DNA of 63,996 nucleotides, counting the filler, from Salisapilia sapeloensis CBS 127946 (Eukaryota > Protista > Oomycota): the NCBI GenBank assembly GCA_023334545.1. It is 6 parts of 6 records of this genome, joined end to end, with 100 filler letters (N's around TTAATTAATTAA, not from the genome) between each part and the next. Parts side by side here need not be neighbours in the genome. Positions count along the whole stretch, not along the records: positions 1 to 22,461 come from JAADVB010000274.1; 5 more parts are not named here. The stretch is one strand, 5' to 3'. Under the pieces are notes generated by a model, which worked only from the letters and a program-made list of their open reading frames with translations, ran no database searches and was not told where the DNA came from. Of this stretch, positions 10,311 to 21,128 are shown piece after piece. The translations under genes were made by a program, and so were the position numbers. The first letter of the stretch is position 1. Each line of letters starts with the position of its first letter.

Positions 10311-11579
10311 TTAAATTGCTGCTTCCATACTTTCCTTTGGACTTGAACGCGTCACTTTGACAATGTACGGGGACTCACGATGCGGCTGGTGCGCCGGCTT
10401 GCCCTTCAGTCCGAGCTTCTCGAACATGATCGCATCTTTCTCAAACTCCGGATTGGCAGTCGTCAGCAGCGTCTCACCGGTGAAAATCGAATTGGCACCC
10501 GCCATAAACAGCATTCCTTGCTCAGCTTCCGTGAAGCTCATACGGCCGGCGCTGAGACGAACCATGGTGCGTGGCATGAGGAGACGGGCGGCGGCAATGG
10601 CACGAGCCATGTCCAATGCCGTGACTGGAGGCAGGTTCTCTTCGTAGAGAGGCGTTCCCTCCACCGGCACGAGAGCGTTGATCGGGACAGACTCGGGGTG
10701 CTTTTCCATAGTTGCGAAGGTATGGAGTAGACCGACGCGGTCGTGCTCTTGCTCGCCGACGCCGAGGATACCACCAGAACAGACAGAGATACCAGCCTTG
10801 CGGACGTTATCGATCGTCTGCAGTCGGTCATCGTACGTGCGAGTGGTAATGATGTTGGAATAGTGCTCGCGACTGGTGTCCAAGTTGTGATTGTAGGCAG
10901 AGAGACCAGCCTCCTTGAGCTGCTGTGCTTGCTCTTCATTGAGCATGCCTAAGGTGCAGCAGACTTCGAGGTCCATGGCTCGAATCTGACGCACCATCTC
11001 CAACACGTGTTTGAACGCGTTCTTCTTTCCGACCTCACGCCATGCAGAGCCCATGCAGAAACGGGTGCTTCCAGCAGCCTTGGCCCTTCGTGCCATGTCC
11101 ACGACTTCCTCTACCTAAAAAGATACAAGATGAGGAATAGAATGACGGAGACTTTAGAGGGAACATGGTACCTTCTTTCGAGGCTCTGGCTTGACAAACG
11201 TCTTGTGGCTTGTGGATTGAGAGCAGTACTTGCAATCTTCCGTGCATCCACCCGTTTTAATCGACAGAAGCGTACACCGCTGGACCTCTTGCGGGTCAAA
11301 GTGCTGACGGTGCACGGTAGCAGCCTTGTACATGAGTTCTAGCAAAGGCTGCTCATACAACTCCTTCACTTCATCGTACGTCCAGTCCTAAAATGTGTTT
11401 GCGTCAGCATGAAATGGAGGATGTGCATGTCCTGATAGTCCTACATTGCGTGGCTCGGCGGTGACGCCTGGGAGTGTGAGCGTGGTCGTGGCGCTGGACT
11501 GCCATCGCTTTGCCAGTGCAACTCCGTTCGTGGCATTTAAGGCACGTTTGGAGGATTGGAGCATACGCTGGAGGTGCAT
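10311..11579 (-). CDS. BIO2: Biotin synthase (radical SAM), mitochondrial presequence, 3 exons
   Basis: CTEDCKYC radical-SAM motif, [33 protein letters not shown]. Introns 11388-11444 and 11115-11171 restore EPRN-DWTYDEV and RKK-VEEVV. Confidence 0.96.
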
Positions 11580-13467
11580 GATGACTTGAGGTGGAAAATC
11601 GCGTTTTGAAGGGCGAGATGTGGTCGCGAGTTGTTGGTGTTGCGTTTACGGTGATGCTTCGAGCTACTTTAGACCCACTTCAGATGACGTCACGGCGTGT
11701 GTTAAACGAGTGCTTCCGACTGTGCAAGATCGCGGGCATAGACGCGGTCGATTGGATCGAGTGAGACGATAGAATGGATACGATTCAAGTGGCGAGTACT
11801 GTTGTTTGGCTTTCATGAAGAAGAAGGACGTGTAGAAGGACAAGATTCTGCTGTAAAGTGTACGATGGATGCTGTTGGTACATGATAAGATGCTAGGAGA
11901 ACCCGGGAAGTACGCTGGTCATCCTATCATGTGCTCTGTTTAACATGGTTGGCCCATATCTTACACATACGGCTACCTGATGGCACTCCCTTGCGATGGT
12001 CATCCACAGGACAATATCTGATCGGTAACAGACACGCAGTACCTTTACGGTCGGATACGATGCGAGATCTCTTTTATATCGCTCGATGTCTTTCGCAGCA
12101 GTGCATATAGCGCAGTAGATAAGAAAAGCTCGACCTGTACTCGCCTTGCCAACTCAAGCACAGCATCAGCATCGTACAAGCCTTGCAATAGAGCTCCTAG
12201 CATGCATCCGAGCATAAGAGGCTCTACTAACACGAAAGTTCATGAACCACGCATCGAGCAGAATGCAGACTAAGCAGTTTTGACTTTTCCATCGCCAGGG
12301 TTTACCAAAAAAGATCCTAGGACACTATCTACCTAATCTTGACCACATTAGCTTATACACGTACAACCGGGTTAGCTCGGGGTGGCTTTGCTTACCATGG
12401 GAAAATGAACTGCGGCAAAAGACGCTATAGAGTCCCAAGCACTGGACTTCGTCAAGAGCACATGCCGAAGTACCTTTAGCTACTCCATCACAACTTCCAC
12501 TTGACACAAAAACTGCACAAAACGTATTTGTAATGGCTGTTCGGGGTATCAACCATGGGTAAGAGTGCGCGCCACATTTCCGGCCTAAAGATACTAAAGA
12601 GGACAATTCAAAGGCTGTTGCATCTCGTCCTCTTCTATTTGATAAGACTGATGCATTTTCTACTCCAAAAGACGCTAATAGTACGTGCGTGATTGTTTGC
12701 AAGGTAAATACGCTCAGGAAGCAAAGATGGAACGAGGGAACACGAGTTTATCAGCTTTCTATGTGTCATCAAATCTACTTCAGACGGTCATGGATACGCA
12801 ATCGCCGTCACACATGGCGGGTGACAGTATGATGTCACTACTCCAACCATCGGGACGTTCATACCGTGACACTTTTACGTTTCTACGAGATCCGTGGCAT
12901 GAAGACCACGAATGAAACTTAAGGTACAAAGCAGAGAGCTTGTTAGAGATTTTTGACGAGGGAAACTGGCGCCGCTTCATAAAATCTTTCCGCTCTTCTT
13001 CAGAATCATCACCATCGATCAGATGAGGCATTCTATCTGGAAGAAGAAGACTGAGATAGCACCAGCTTTAACATCATGTCGAGTGATGGAGCAGCCCAAG
13101 CTCTATAATGGAAATACTCTGCCGATTTCAAAACTAGCTCAATATTCCAACAGTCACGATCTACTAACCGACGGCCAGTATAGAGCGACGATGCCCTATA
13201 AGGTCTGCATTGAAATGAAAAGTCCGAGATCGAGCCCTGTGCTCTGAGCCACAGATAAATAACCTTTTAAGATATCCATCACACACGCTTAGGCTAGATT
13301 ACCACCACACGACCGAAGTGGAAACCTAGACATCGGTTCACTCCTCGGACACCGCCAAGAACCAACTTGCAATTTCTTCGTAAACAAAACCAAGTGTATT
13401 TCAGTTCGTAGCTAACCGTCTATGCAAATCGATTTTAAAATATATCGTACAAGCGCTCCAGAGTAGT

Positions 13468-14232
13468 CTACTTCTCGTCGCTCGCCATGACCTGACGCAT
13501 CTTCTCTAAAAGCTTGATCGGTGCAGACAGACCCAAATACTTGATCATAGCCGCCGGAATGTTGCCGCCAAGATCCATGTGCGCGACCACCGCAATCTCG
13601 CACGCGTTAGGATCCTCCGGATCCGGCGTCACGACGTAACCAGAGATGAAGATCAGCGCACGGCAGAAGTCTTTGCGGGGCTGGCCGTCCGGGTGATCCA
13701 CACTGCGCGTGGCGATAAGCACGCGACCAGAGTCCTCCTTTACGACCGTCGTCGAGACACAGAAGTCGCGCGCAGTCGTGAACATGACGCTCTTGCACGA
13801 GTTCAGACGCACCTCGGTTCGGTCACTCAGCTTTTCGAGCGTCTCCAATTTCTTCGTCTGCTCCTCGAATTTGGGCACCAAATGCGGCGTCTGCAAAACG
13901 TACGCCGCGCGCTCCGGAGAGACGTTGACGCGGCCAACGGTGCACATTGTGTACCAGTCGTTGTCCTGCACAGGGCCGTAGCGAACCTGCACGCCGTTCT
14001 TGGACGGACCCATCTGCCATCCGCCGACGACGTCTTTGCCACTCAGTCGAACGAGCAATCGGTTGATCGTGTCCTCCTCGTACTCTTGTAGTGAGGATCG
14101 GACGACATGAGCGGGAATGGGCACCTGGGCCTGTTCAACGGCACGGCGCTTGGTGTCGACATCATCTTCGGATCGGATGCGAATGACCTCTTCAGGCTGC
14201 TGGGCTACTTCTACACCGTTGGAAAGGACCAT
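13468..14232 (-). CDS. START-domain lipid-binding protein
   Basis: TARDFCV, LIATRSVDHP, RALIFISGYVVTP, HMDLGGNIPAAMI; strongly biased codon usage. Confidence 0.88.
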   Translation of the reverse strand: MVLSNGVEVAQQPEEVIRIRSEDDVDTKRRAVEQAQVPIPAHVVRSSLQEYEEDTINRLLVRLSGKDVVGGWQMGPSKNGVQVRYGPVQDNDWYTMCTVGRVNVSPERAAYVLQTPHLVPKFEEQTKKLETLEKLSDRTEVRLNSCKSVMFTTARDFCVSTTVVKEDSGRVLIATRSVDHPDGQPRKDFCRALIFISGYVVTPDPEDPNACEIAVVAHMDLGGNIPAAMIKYLGLSAPIKLLEKMRQVMASDEK

Positions 14233-14274
14233 TGTGATAGATTGGTGTTCGTTTCAATGTGGGCTCGAGCAAGT

Positions 14275-14288
14275 AAATTGCGGAATGA
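14275..14288 (-). promoter_or_regulatory. Oomycete Inr+FPR core promoter of the START gene
   Basis: Minus strand reads TCATTCCGCAATTT, matching the YCATTYYNCAWTTT consensus, 43-56 nt upstream of the ATG at 14232. Confidence 0.7.
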
Positions 14289-15019
14289 AAGGTTATTGCT
14301 CGTTCCATCACGCGAAAGTGCGGGCAGTGGCTTCACTGAAACTTTGTATGGTCGCACGAACGTATGTGACAGCCCTAGCGGACAATTGTAGGAGAAACCG
14401 ATCCGTATTCGATTCAATTCGAGCAGTGCCCATCGCGTCAGCACATGCGAAAGATAATTAAATTGCCTATTCTCCAAGAGACATTACGCCATGCGTTGCC
14501 GCAAGCTAGTACCGCTGCAATGAGCGTCTAAGCGACTTCGTCTTTCCGCGCGCAATCGTTTTCGACTCGCACTGAAGAATCAAGGAAGCTTCGCAATACT
14601 TTGATGGAGCCGTAATCACATTTTTCAGTGGCGCAAACATCCCGCCAGCACTTGACCTGCACTCTAGCAGGCGGAGGACTAACGTTTCTGCCGCCTACTC
14701 TTTTCATTGGTGCATTTTGCCGGATCCTTTTTTGTCGCGTACTGTAGCTGGGTTTCGCAGCAAAGCATCTCCCTAAAAAGAAAAAAATCTCGATTGCAGT
14801 CTTTCCTATCGATAGATTGACGAGCAGTCGGCGTCCGATCTCATTGGTCCAACGATCCTCCGGCTCTACGAATGCAGCGAGACATCGAGTGGCTATTGGT
14901 CGGCAGTCGTTGTCTACGAAGCGAGTCATCCATCTCCTGATTACACGTTCTAGAAACTCAGGTCAAGCTTTGGGCATCATTGCTTCAACATTGCGTCCAT
15001 GAGATGTCGACTACTTGAC

Positions 15020-15052
15020 TGCCACCGGCATCAAACTATGATGCCGGTGGCA
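15020..15052. repeat. Perfect 14-bp inverted repeat with 5-nt loop
   Basis: TGCCACCGGCATCA-AACTA-TGATGCCGGTGGCA in intergenic DNA. Confidence 0.9.
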
Positions 15053-16182
15053 CCCCATAGCCATCTGGGAAACCTCACCGATGGACTATCAATTTATTCA
15101 CCGTACCGCCAGAATTCACGATCTAATGCACTGACAGCCTTCCCCAGTACTAATGACGTGAGATATGTTAAAGAATGAATGCAAGGGAAGTGATGGCCAT
15201 CACTGAAATCAGTGAATTGAGGCGGGCAAATTTCAAAGACCTGGGCTGGTTTCAGTGCGTTTCAGTGGTAGGAATAGTACCGAAAGACATGCATCGGATA
15301 GTTTGTGCATAGAGAGCAGCTTCTCACTTGCTTCGATTTTATAAAAAACATCGTGCGCTGATGGCTAGTCAGCGGTATGCAAGCCATCTTAATTTTTGTG
15401 GGAATACGCGATTATTCTTTTAATTCTATCACGAAAAGATCAAATCAATCACGGTGCAGTTGACACTTGCCAGCTTAGATGTCACATCGATCATTTCAAC
15501 GCAGGCATCACCGACTCTGACCCCTCTATCCTTGATATCCGGAAGACCTTTGACAAATGCAAGATGCATTTAGTATGCTTTATGAAATTTTAAGCTCGGG
15601 AGTAAATCTTAGCATTCTGTGTAATTGATATACTTCTTCAAACGCGAAGTAGGTCTGACTTTCCATCGAAAGTATAGTAGTTTGGCAAATGCTCCATGAC
15701 GACGGGTAAGTCGTAGCGAACTAAAGCTCTTATTGCTGGCTGTACCTAGCGTCGTACACTTGTGTCGTAGTAGCTTGGATCGTCGGTCACACTCGGTGGT
15801 CTAGTCCGTCCATGCGTTGGCATGTGGCAATACAAATATGAAAATTGCCAAGTAGAGTAGCGACAAAGTACATATTATACGCTTCCATTCTTCACGACTC
15901 GTTTCTAGCTTTCTATATAGCTGGTCACGAACGAGAACGGTACTAGCATAGCTTCGATAGCGCAGATAAGAACGCTATCTGTGTGCGCAAAAGGAAGTGT
16001 AGTAGAAGCAACGAAATGAGAATGAAGACATCAGTCGAATCTTAGACTGGTCATAAGATGTTCGAATTGTGCCTGTAAAAGCCTAGGCTTTCTACCTTAT
16101 AAGCAAACAAATGCATCAGATCGCAACAAAATACATAATATGAGAATGGCCGATTGCAATAAAGCTCAACTCCATCGCTGTG

Positions 16183-17016
16183 TTATGCTTTACTTTCCTC
16201 TACATTCTCTTCCTTGTCATTATTACACGGTTCGACAGACAACACTTTGTGCTTGAATGGCGTTACGGCGGAGATGTACCAGTCGATCATTCCAGGAAAC
16301 GTCAAGTTGGACTCAAATGTCCATGAAAAGGTGTTTTGCACTTCTGCTCGCAGACTTTCATCTTCACCTGCTCGCTCATAGGCAAGCGATATGTGCTCAT
16401 TCACTTTAAAGTCCACCGATAGACGCATCAGCTCTTCTTCATAATACCCTTTCTTCTGTGCTTCCTTCTCTTTTAAAAATACCTGTTCAAACTCGACTTT
16501 CGAGACGGTGGCTTGCTTCACATAGAATGTGTCTAAGACGAGATCGCGAGGCTCATCCATGGGACCTGCAATGAGTTTTGCCTGCTCTAATTTCTTGCTC
16601 CTTAAGACTGATATACTTTCTTCTAGTCCGAAAGTCCTCAGTGCGTCGTTTGCTGCGTTTTGATCGAGACTTGGACGGAGAGGCTGTCGATACATTTCTT
16701 CGTAGATGGATGGCAATACCGACTTGACACCATGAAGTGTCTCACCTAGATGCACAGGATTGTATCTCGGCATGGAACTGAGCATTTGCATGAGAATTTG
16801 CTCTCGTTCACCAGTATTCGGGCTGAACACGTCATTCTCCATTAAACCTTCGAAATCGGACATGAGCGTCGGAAGCACACGCGTAAACAGGAGTAACGTT
16901 CGCTCAAATTGACTAATGGGCTTTAGAGGCTCGGTCTTGGCATCCGAATGCATGAATCTGCTCGAGCGAGGCTGGTACAAGCGAGCATTGCAGCTCCTCC
17001 GAAGCCGAGCCAGCAT
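16183..17016 (-). CDS. Mitochondrial protein, probable Tim44-like/Mba1/MAIP1-type domain
   Basis: Arg-rich, acid-free N-terminus (MLARLRRSCNARLYQPRSSRF); C-terminal LSVDFKVNEH..FSWTFESNL..IDWYISAV resembles Tim44-like domains. Confidence 0.55.
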   Translation of the reverse strand: MLARLRRSCNARLYQPRSSRFMHSDAKTEPLKPISQFERTLLLFTRVLPTLMSDFEGLMENDVFSPNTGEREQILMQMLSSMPRYNPVHLGETLHGVKSVLPSIYEEMYRQPLRPSLDQNAANDALRTFGLEESISVLRSKKLEQAKLIAGPMDEPRDLVLDTFYVKQATVSKVEFEQVFLKEKEAQKKGYYEEELMRLSVDFKVNEHISLAYERAGEDESLRAEVQNTFSWTFESNLTFPGMIDWYISAVTPFKHKVLSVEPCNNDKEENVEESKA

Positions 17017-17345
17017 AATGTATCGAATTGTGACGAAGAGATTCGTATCCTATAATGTCGTAAACGTAGTAAATATACTTTAAATAGTTAATATTAAATA
17101 TAAAACTTACACTTTGTGTAAAATTTATATGTCATTGCCGTGATGTGATGTATAGAGAAATGGTAGCACGACACAAAAGCTGACAACAAAGCACATTTGT
17201 AAGTCGAGCTATCGAGGGTACGAGGTCGAGTACGATCTAAAAGCTACTTGTTATTTCCTGAGGATTATACATAGATCCAAACATCCTTCCCTTACTGTTC
17301 TATTACAGCAATATAATCTTTACGCTGCCATTGCCCTTATAAGCG

Positions 17346-20300
17346 ATGCAAAGAGTGATTTCACGCGTCCATCGGAGCATTGTGCCTCCGGGGGAACAAG
17401 GCTCTAGCGCGATAGAGGGAAATGCAGCCGTTGCTAGTGATATCAAACAGGAGATACAGGACGCAGTTGATGGATTGCAATTCGCTACCATTCTAGGAGA
17501 GCGCAAGAGCGCTGTTGCGACATTAGATCATCTCGTCACCAAATACTCTTTATCATCTGATGCTTCACACCATGACGGGAACACTAGCTTGAGTGAATTA
17601 AGCAAACGCGTTGTACCTGTCTCACTTGCAGCACTAACATCCGATCCTCGGGACACGGAGCTCATGGAGTCAATGCTAGAACTGCTCCAAAAGCTGGTTT
17701 CGTCTAGTTCAGACGCTGCTCTTCCGTTGCTGTCACTAGATAGTATCGATCCGGAGATGATTGAACAACTAGACCTTTCGTTTACTGGGCTACAACTATG
17801 TCTAGACCTACTACAAGACCCTTCTCCATGGATTCGAGGTCCCAGTGTCCTATTGATAAAGCTATTGCAGGAAGCGCAGCGCAATGTCTTTGCATCAACC
17901 ATAGTGGACTGTAACGAAGGTTTCCGGAGGTTATTGGAGACTGTGGAAGACAGACAAGAGCACATTCGAGATGCTGCACTGCAAGTCTTGTCTAGACTGA
18001 CAGAGCGAGAGAAGAATATGCAGCAGTTTCTAGCATTTGAAGACGGATTCACACGTCTCTTTGGTATTATACAGACAGAAGATATGGACGATAACGGTAG
18101 CGTCGCTGCGGACTGTCTCCAGATCGTGAATAACATGATTCGAGACAATGTAATGACGCAGACCTTATTACTAGACATCCCGGACGTCCTATCATCCCAC
18201 CTGCCATTCTTACTTGCTGTTAACGTATCAGGAGATATTCCAGACCAACGAAAGCGTAGTATAAAGTTGACTCTTCAATTACTCCGGTACCTCCTATCTG
18301 GTATCTACGAAGGAGTGCGAGAAAGTCAGTTGGATGATGCAGGTCGTCGAGATCAGACAAAGAAGGATGCAGAGCTGTACAAGATCCAGTCAGTGCTCGG
18401 TCGACAGGACGCACTCGTGGATGCGATCGTTCAGTTGGCATGTGCAGACACGGACCATTTCATGGATGTACAAGTGCAAGCTCTAGACGTGTTAAACCTC
18501 TTAGTGGCGCATCATCAAGACAATCAAGTCCGTCTCGTTCACTTTAAAACGGCAGAAAGATCCAAAAGCCTTCTCTCAGAGCTTTTACGCATGGAACTAA
18601 CGTCGGAAGAGACGACACTAAGCTCTACCAGCTCTCAACTCCTAGACAGCATTCTCTTAGACAACCAAGATGCTCGTACGTCTCTCCTCCAACAGGTGCA
18701 TGCAGTCGACGAAAGCGTTCCGTCTGGCAAGAGACTATTGGATGCATGCGTCCAGACGTCCGAGGAAGTTTTAATTGAAAATAGATACCCTAGCGTCCGC
18801 CAGCACGTTGTCATCGGTCGGAAAGCTAGTGAACGACTGCGTAGTCTACTAGCAGACAGTGACAGTTGCAAGGAACTAGCGCTGCGTTTCCCATCCAACT
18901 ACAACGACACTGAAGTTTCCGTCGTGAAAGGCGGTCTGCTCTTCACTCGCCTCTTGAAGCTCGCGACAACCTCGACAAGCTCCGATGTAGCGTATAGTCA
19001 GCTCAAGATCTCTTTACTCGTCACGCTCATGTACTGGACTAAAGACTGCTCGAAAGCAGCAGAAGAGCTGACGTCTTCCGTCGGGAATATGATGCAGCTA
19101 CTCGATTGTATCCATGCAGATAGCACGAATGAGTATCAAGTGCAGGTGGCAGGTCTCTCGGCTCTTTTATTCGGCTGTTGCTTATTGTCGTTGGATGCTA
19201 CAAAGTCGAAGAAACTACTAGACCTTGTATCTCAAACAGTCGGTCTCGATGTCTTTTGTGATGCGTTCATCTCAACACAACAGACGTCGATCTTTTTTTC
19301 TTGCAGTCACAAACGTCCACGTAAGAAATCGATGGACGAAGAAGAGTTGCTGTACTTGCCTCCGTATGATCATGCGTTCACATTGTTGTTCAAAGAGATG
19401 AGTGACAAGGTACAACGGAAGATGATGGATGTCTATACGACTTGTGCTGATGGAGAAGAAGCCAAGGCTTATCAGAAGATTATACGTATGCAGGATGAAG
19501 AGTTGCAGCAGCTAAAAGAGCAACTATCGAATGTCCAGACGACTGGTACGTCTGAAGATTGGACGGAAGAGAAGAAGCAGTGGGAGGCACAGGTTGCAGA
19601 GGATAAGCGTCGGTATGAAGCCAAGGTCTCTGTCTTGCAGTCGGAGAAGGAGGAGATGGAAAAGCGATTGGAAGAAATGGCAAACAAGTTGACAGATGCT
19701 AAGAAGTCGAAGCAAGGAGAAGACTTGACACATGCGAAAGAGCAAGTAGAAAAGCTCGAACGAGAGTTGTATTCAGCTCGAAAATCTTTTAAAGAAGAGC
19801 AGGAGAAGAGTCGTGGGTTAGAAGAGCATTTGGAAAGTGTTAATAGCGAGTGGGAAGCAACGTCTGTCCAGCTCCAGAAAGACTTGAATACGCTTCGGAA
19901 GCAGTTGGACGTCAAGTCGAACGAATGTGACGACTTGAAGCGTCAATTCGCTTCATATAATCTGCAAAAAGAGGAAGATGGAACGACGTCTACTTCCTCG
20001 ACAGCATGGCAAGAGTCTCTTGCACCTATTGAAGACCGGAATGATAGGCGCAGTAGTGTCGATAGTACGTTGCAGATGCATACTCCAGGCGACTTGTCCG
20101 ACATGATGGCGAGTGTCATGCAAGGTGCGCTTGGAGATGGAGACAACGAGTCTGCTGATGAGATATTCCGACTGTGGGAGAAGCAGCGTAGTCGAACGAG
20201 AAATCTGAAGGAGATGGTAGCAGAGTTGGGCGAAGAAAAGGCTTGGTTGGAAGAACAGCTACGTGCGTCTCAGAACTATACAGAGCAAGTGGTGAGTCAG

Positions 20301-21098
20301 TTGGAGCAAGTGGAAGAGACGTTGCACGACGAGGCGCAGTACGTGAAGACGGAGGTGTATGAAGAAGAACGAGGGGAGAAGGAGGCGATGCAGAAGGAGT
20401 TGATGAAAGTGAAGGAGGAAAAGAAGAGACTGGAAGATGAAGTTGAGACATTGAAAAGCGAAGTGGAGGAGGTAGAGAAGAAGATGAAGGTGATGGCAAG
20501 TAGACGGGAGAAGGAAGAGTCGGAAACAACTGCAGAGGATGGGAGTGATGACCTTCGAAAGGAGATGGCGTCGATGCAAGAAGAGAAAGAGAGGTTGGGA
20601 ACAAAAGTCGAAGAGCAGGAAAAGGAATTGGAAGAGCTTCGTGTACTTGTGGATGAGATGGAGTCTGTATGTGAACGCTCTTTGAAGCAGATTGAAGACA
20701 GCCAGACCGAGATTGACGCTTTAAAGAGTGAAAAAGAAGATTTGCAAAAGGCAGAGGACGAGAGACTGCGTCTGGCGTCTCGAGTGGAAGAACTAGAGAA
20801 GACTCAGACGGTGTCGGAGGAAGCGCAAAGCAGACTAAACGAGCTAGAGAAAACGCAGGGCAGACTAAAGGAGTTGGAAGAGCAAGTCCAGGAGAGTCAC
20901 AAGACCAGACAGGAATTGGACGACCTCATGGAAGAGAAAAGAGGGTGGGAAGAGCGCGAGACAGAGGCACTTATGTTGCTGGCGAGTCTCGAGATCCAGT
21001 GCTCTACTCTATGTGCGACGCTGCGAGAAGGATTGGGGAAGGAGGCAGTGGAGAGTGCACTCGCGTTATCGCGAGAGAAAGGAGCTCTGGTCAATTAA
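17346..21098 (+). CDS. USO1: Uso1/p115-like vesicle-tethering protein (armadillo head + long coiled coil)
   Basis: 1250 aa. Head motifs (LLETVEDRQEHIRDAALQVL, LAFEDGFTRLFGII, VAADCLQIVNNMIRDN), E/K-rich coiled coil, C-terminal ETEALMLLASLE. Confidence 0.85.
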   Translation: MQRVISRVHRSIVPPGEQGSSAIEGNAAVASDIKQEIQDAVDGLQFATILGERKSAVATLDHLVTKYSLSSDASHHDGNTSLSELSKRVVPVSLAALTSDPRDTELMESMLELLQKLVSSSSDAALPLLSLDSIDPEMIEQLDLSFTGLQLCLDLLQDPSPWIRGPSVLLIKLLQEAQRNVFASTIVDCNEGFRRLLETVEDRQEHIRDAALQVLSRLTEREKNMQQFLAFEDGFTRLFGIIQTEDMDDNGSVAADCLQIVNNMIRDNVMTQTLLLDIPDVLSSHLPFLLAVNVSGDIPDQRKRSIKLTLQLLRYLLSGIYEGVRESQLDDAGRRDQTKKDAELYKIQSVLGRQDALVDAIVQLACADTDHFMDVQVQALDVLNLLVAHHQDNQVRLVHFKTAERSKSLLSELLRMELTSEETTLSSTSSQLLDSILLDNQDARTSLLQQVHAVDESVPSGKRLLDACVQTSEEVLIENRYPSVRQHVVIGRKASERLRSLLADSDSCKELALRFPSNYNDTEVSVVKGGLLFTRLLKLATTSTSSDVAYSQLKISLLVTLMYWTKDCSKAAEELTSSVGNMMQLLDCIHADSTNEYQVQVAGLSALLFGCCLLSLDATKSKKLLDLVSQTVGLDVFCDAFISTQQTSIFFSCSHKRPRKKSMDEEELLYLPPYDHAFTLLFKEMSDKVQRKMMDVYTTCADGEEAKAYQKIIRMQDEELQQLKEQLSNVQTTGTSEDWTEEKKQWEAQVAEDKRRYEAKVSVLQSEKEEMEKRLEEMANKLTDAKKSKQGEDLTHAKEQVEKLERELYSARKSFKEEQEKSRGLEEHLESVNSEWEATSVQLQKDLNTLRKQLDVKSNECDDLKRQFASYNLQKEEDGTTSTSSTAWQESLAPIEDRNDRRSSVDSTLQMHTPGDLSDMMASVMQGALGDGDNESADEIFRLWEKQRSRTRNLKEMVAELGEEKAWLEEQLRASQNYTEQVVSQLEQVEETLHDEAQYVKTEVYEEERGEKEAMQKELMKVKEEKKRLEDEVETLKSEVEEVEKKMKVMASRREKEESETTAEDGSDDLRKEMASMQEEKERLGTKVEEQEKELEELRVLVDEMESVCERSLKQIEDSQTEIDALKSEKEDLQKAEDERLRLASRVEELEKTQTVSEEAQSRLNELEKTQGRLKELEEQVQESHKTRQELDDLMEEKRGWEERETEALMLLASLEIQCSTLCATLREGLGKEAVESALALSREKGALVN

Positions 21099-21128
21099 AT
21101 ATGACAGGATAACTTTTGAATGTACTTG

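Noticed and set aside
11685-11692. CRE palindrome TGACGTCA upstream of biotin synthase
   Set aside because: About one such 8-mer is expected by chance in 64 kb.
14528-14929. 133-aa minus-strand ORF
   Set aside because: No domain and lies in the promoter region of the START gene; probably spurious.
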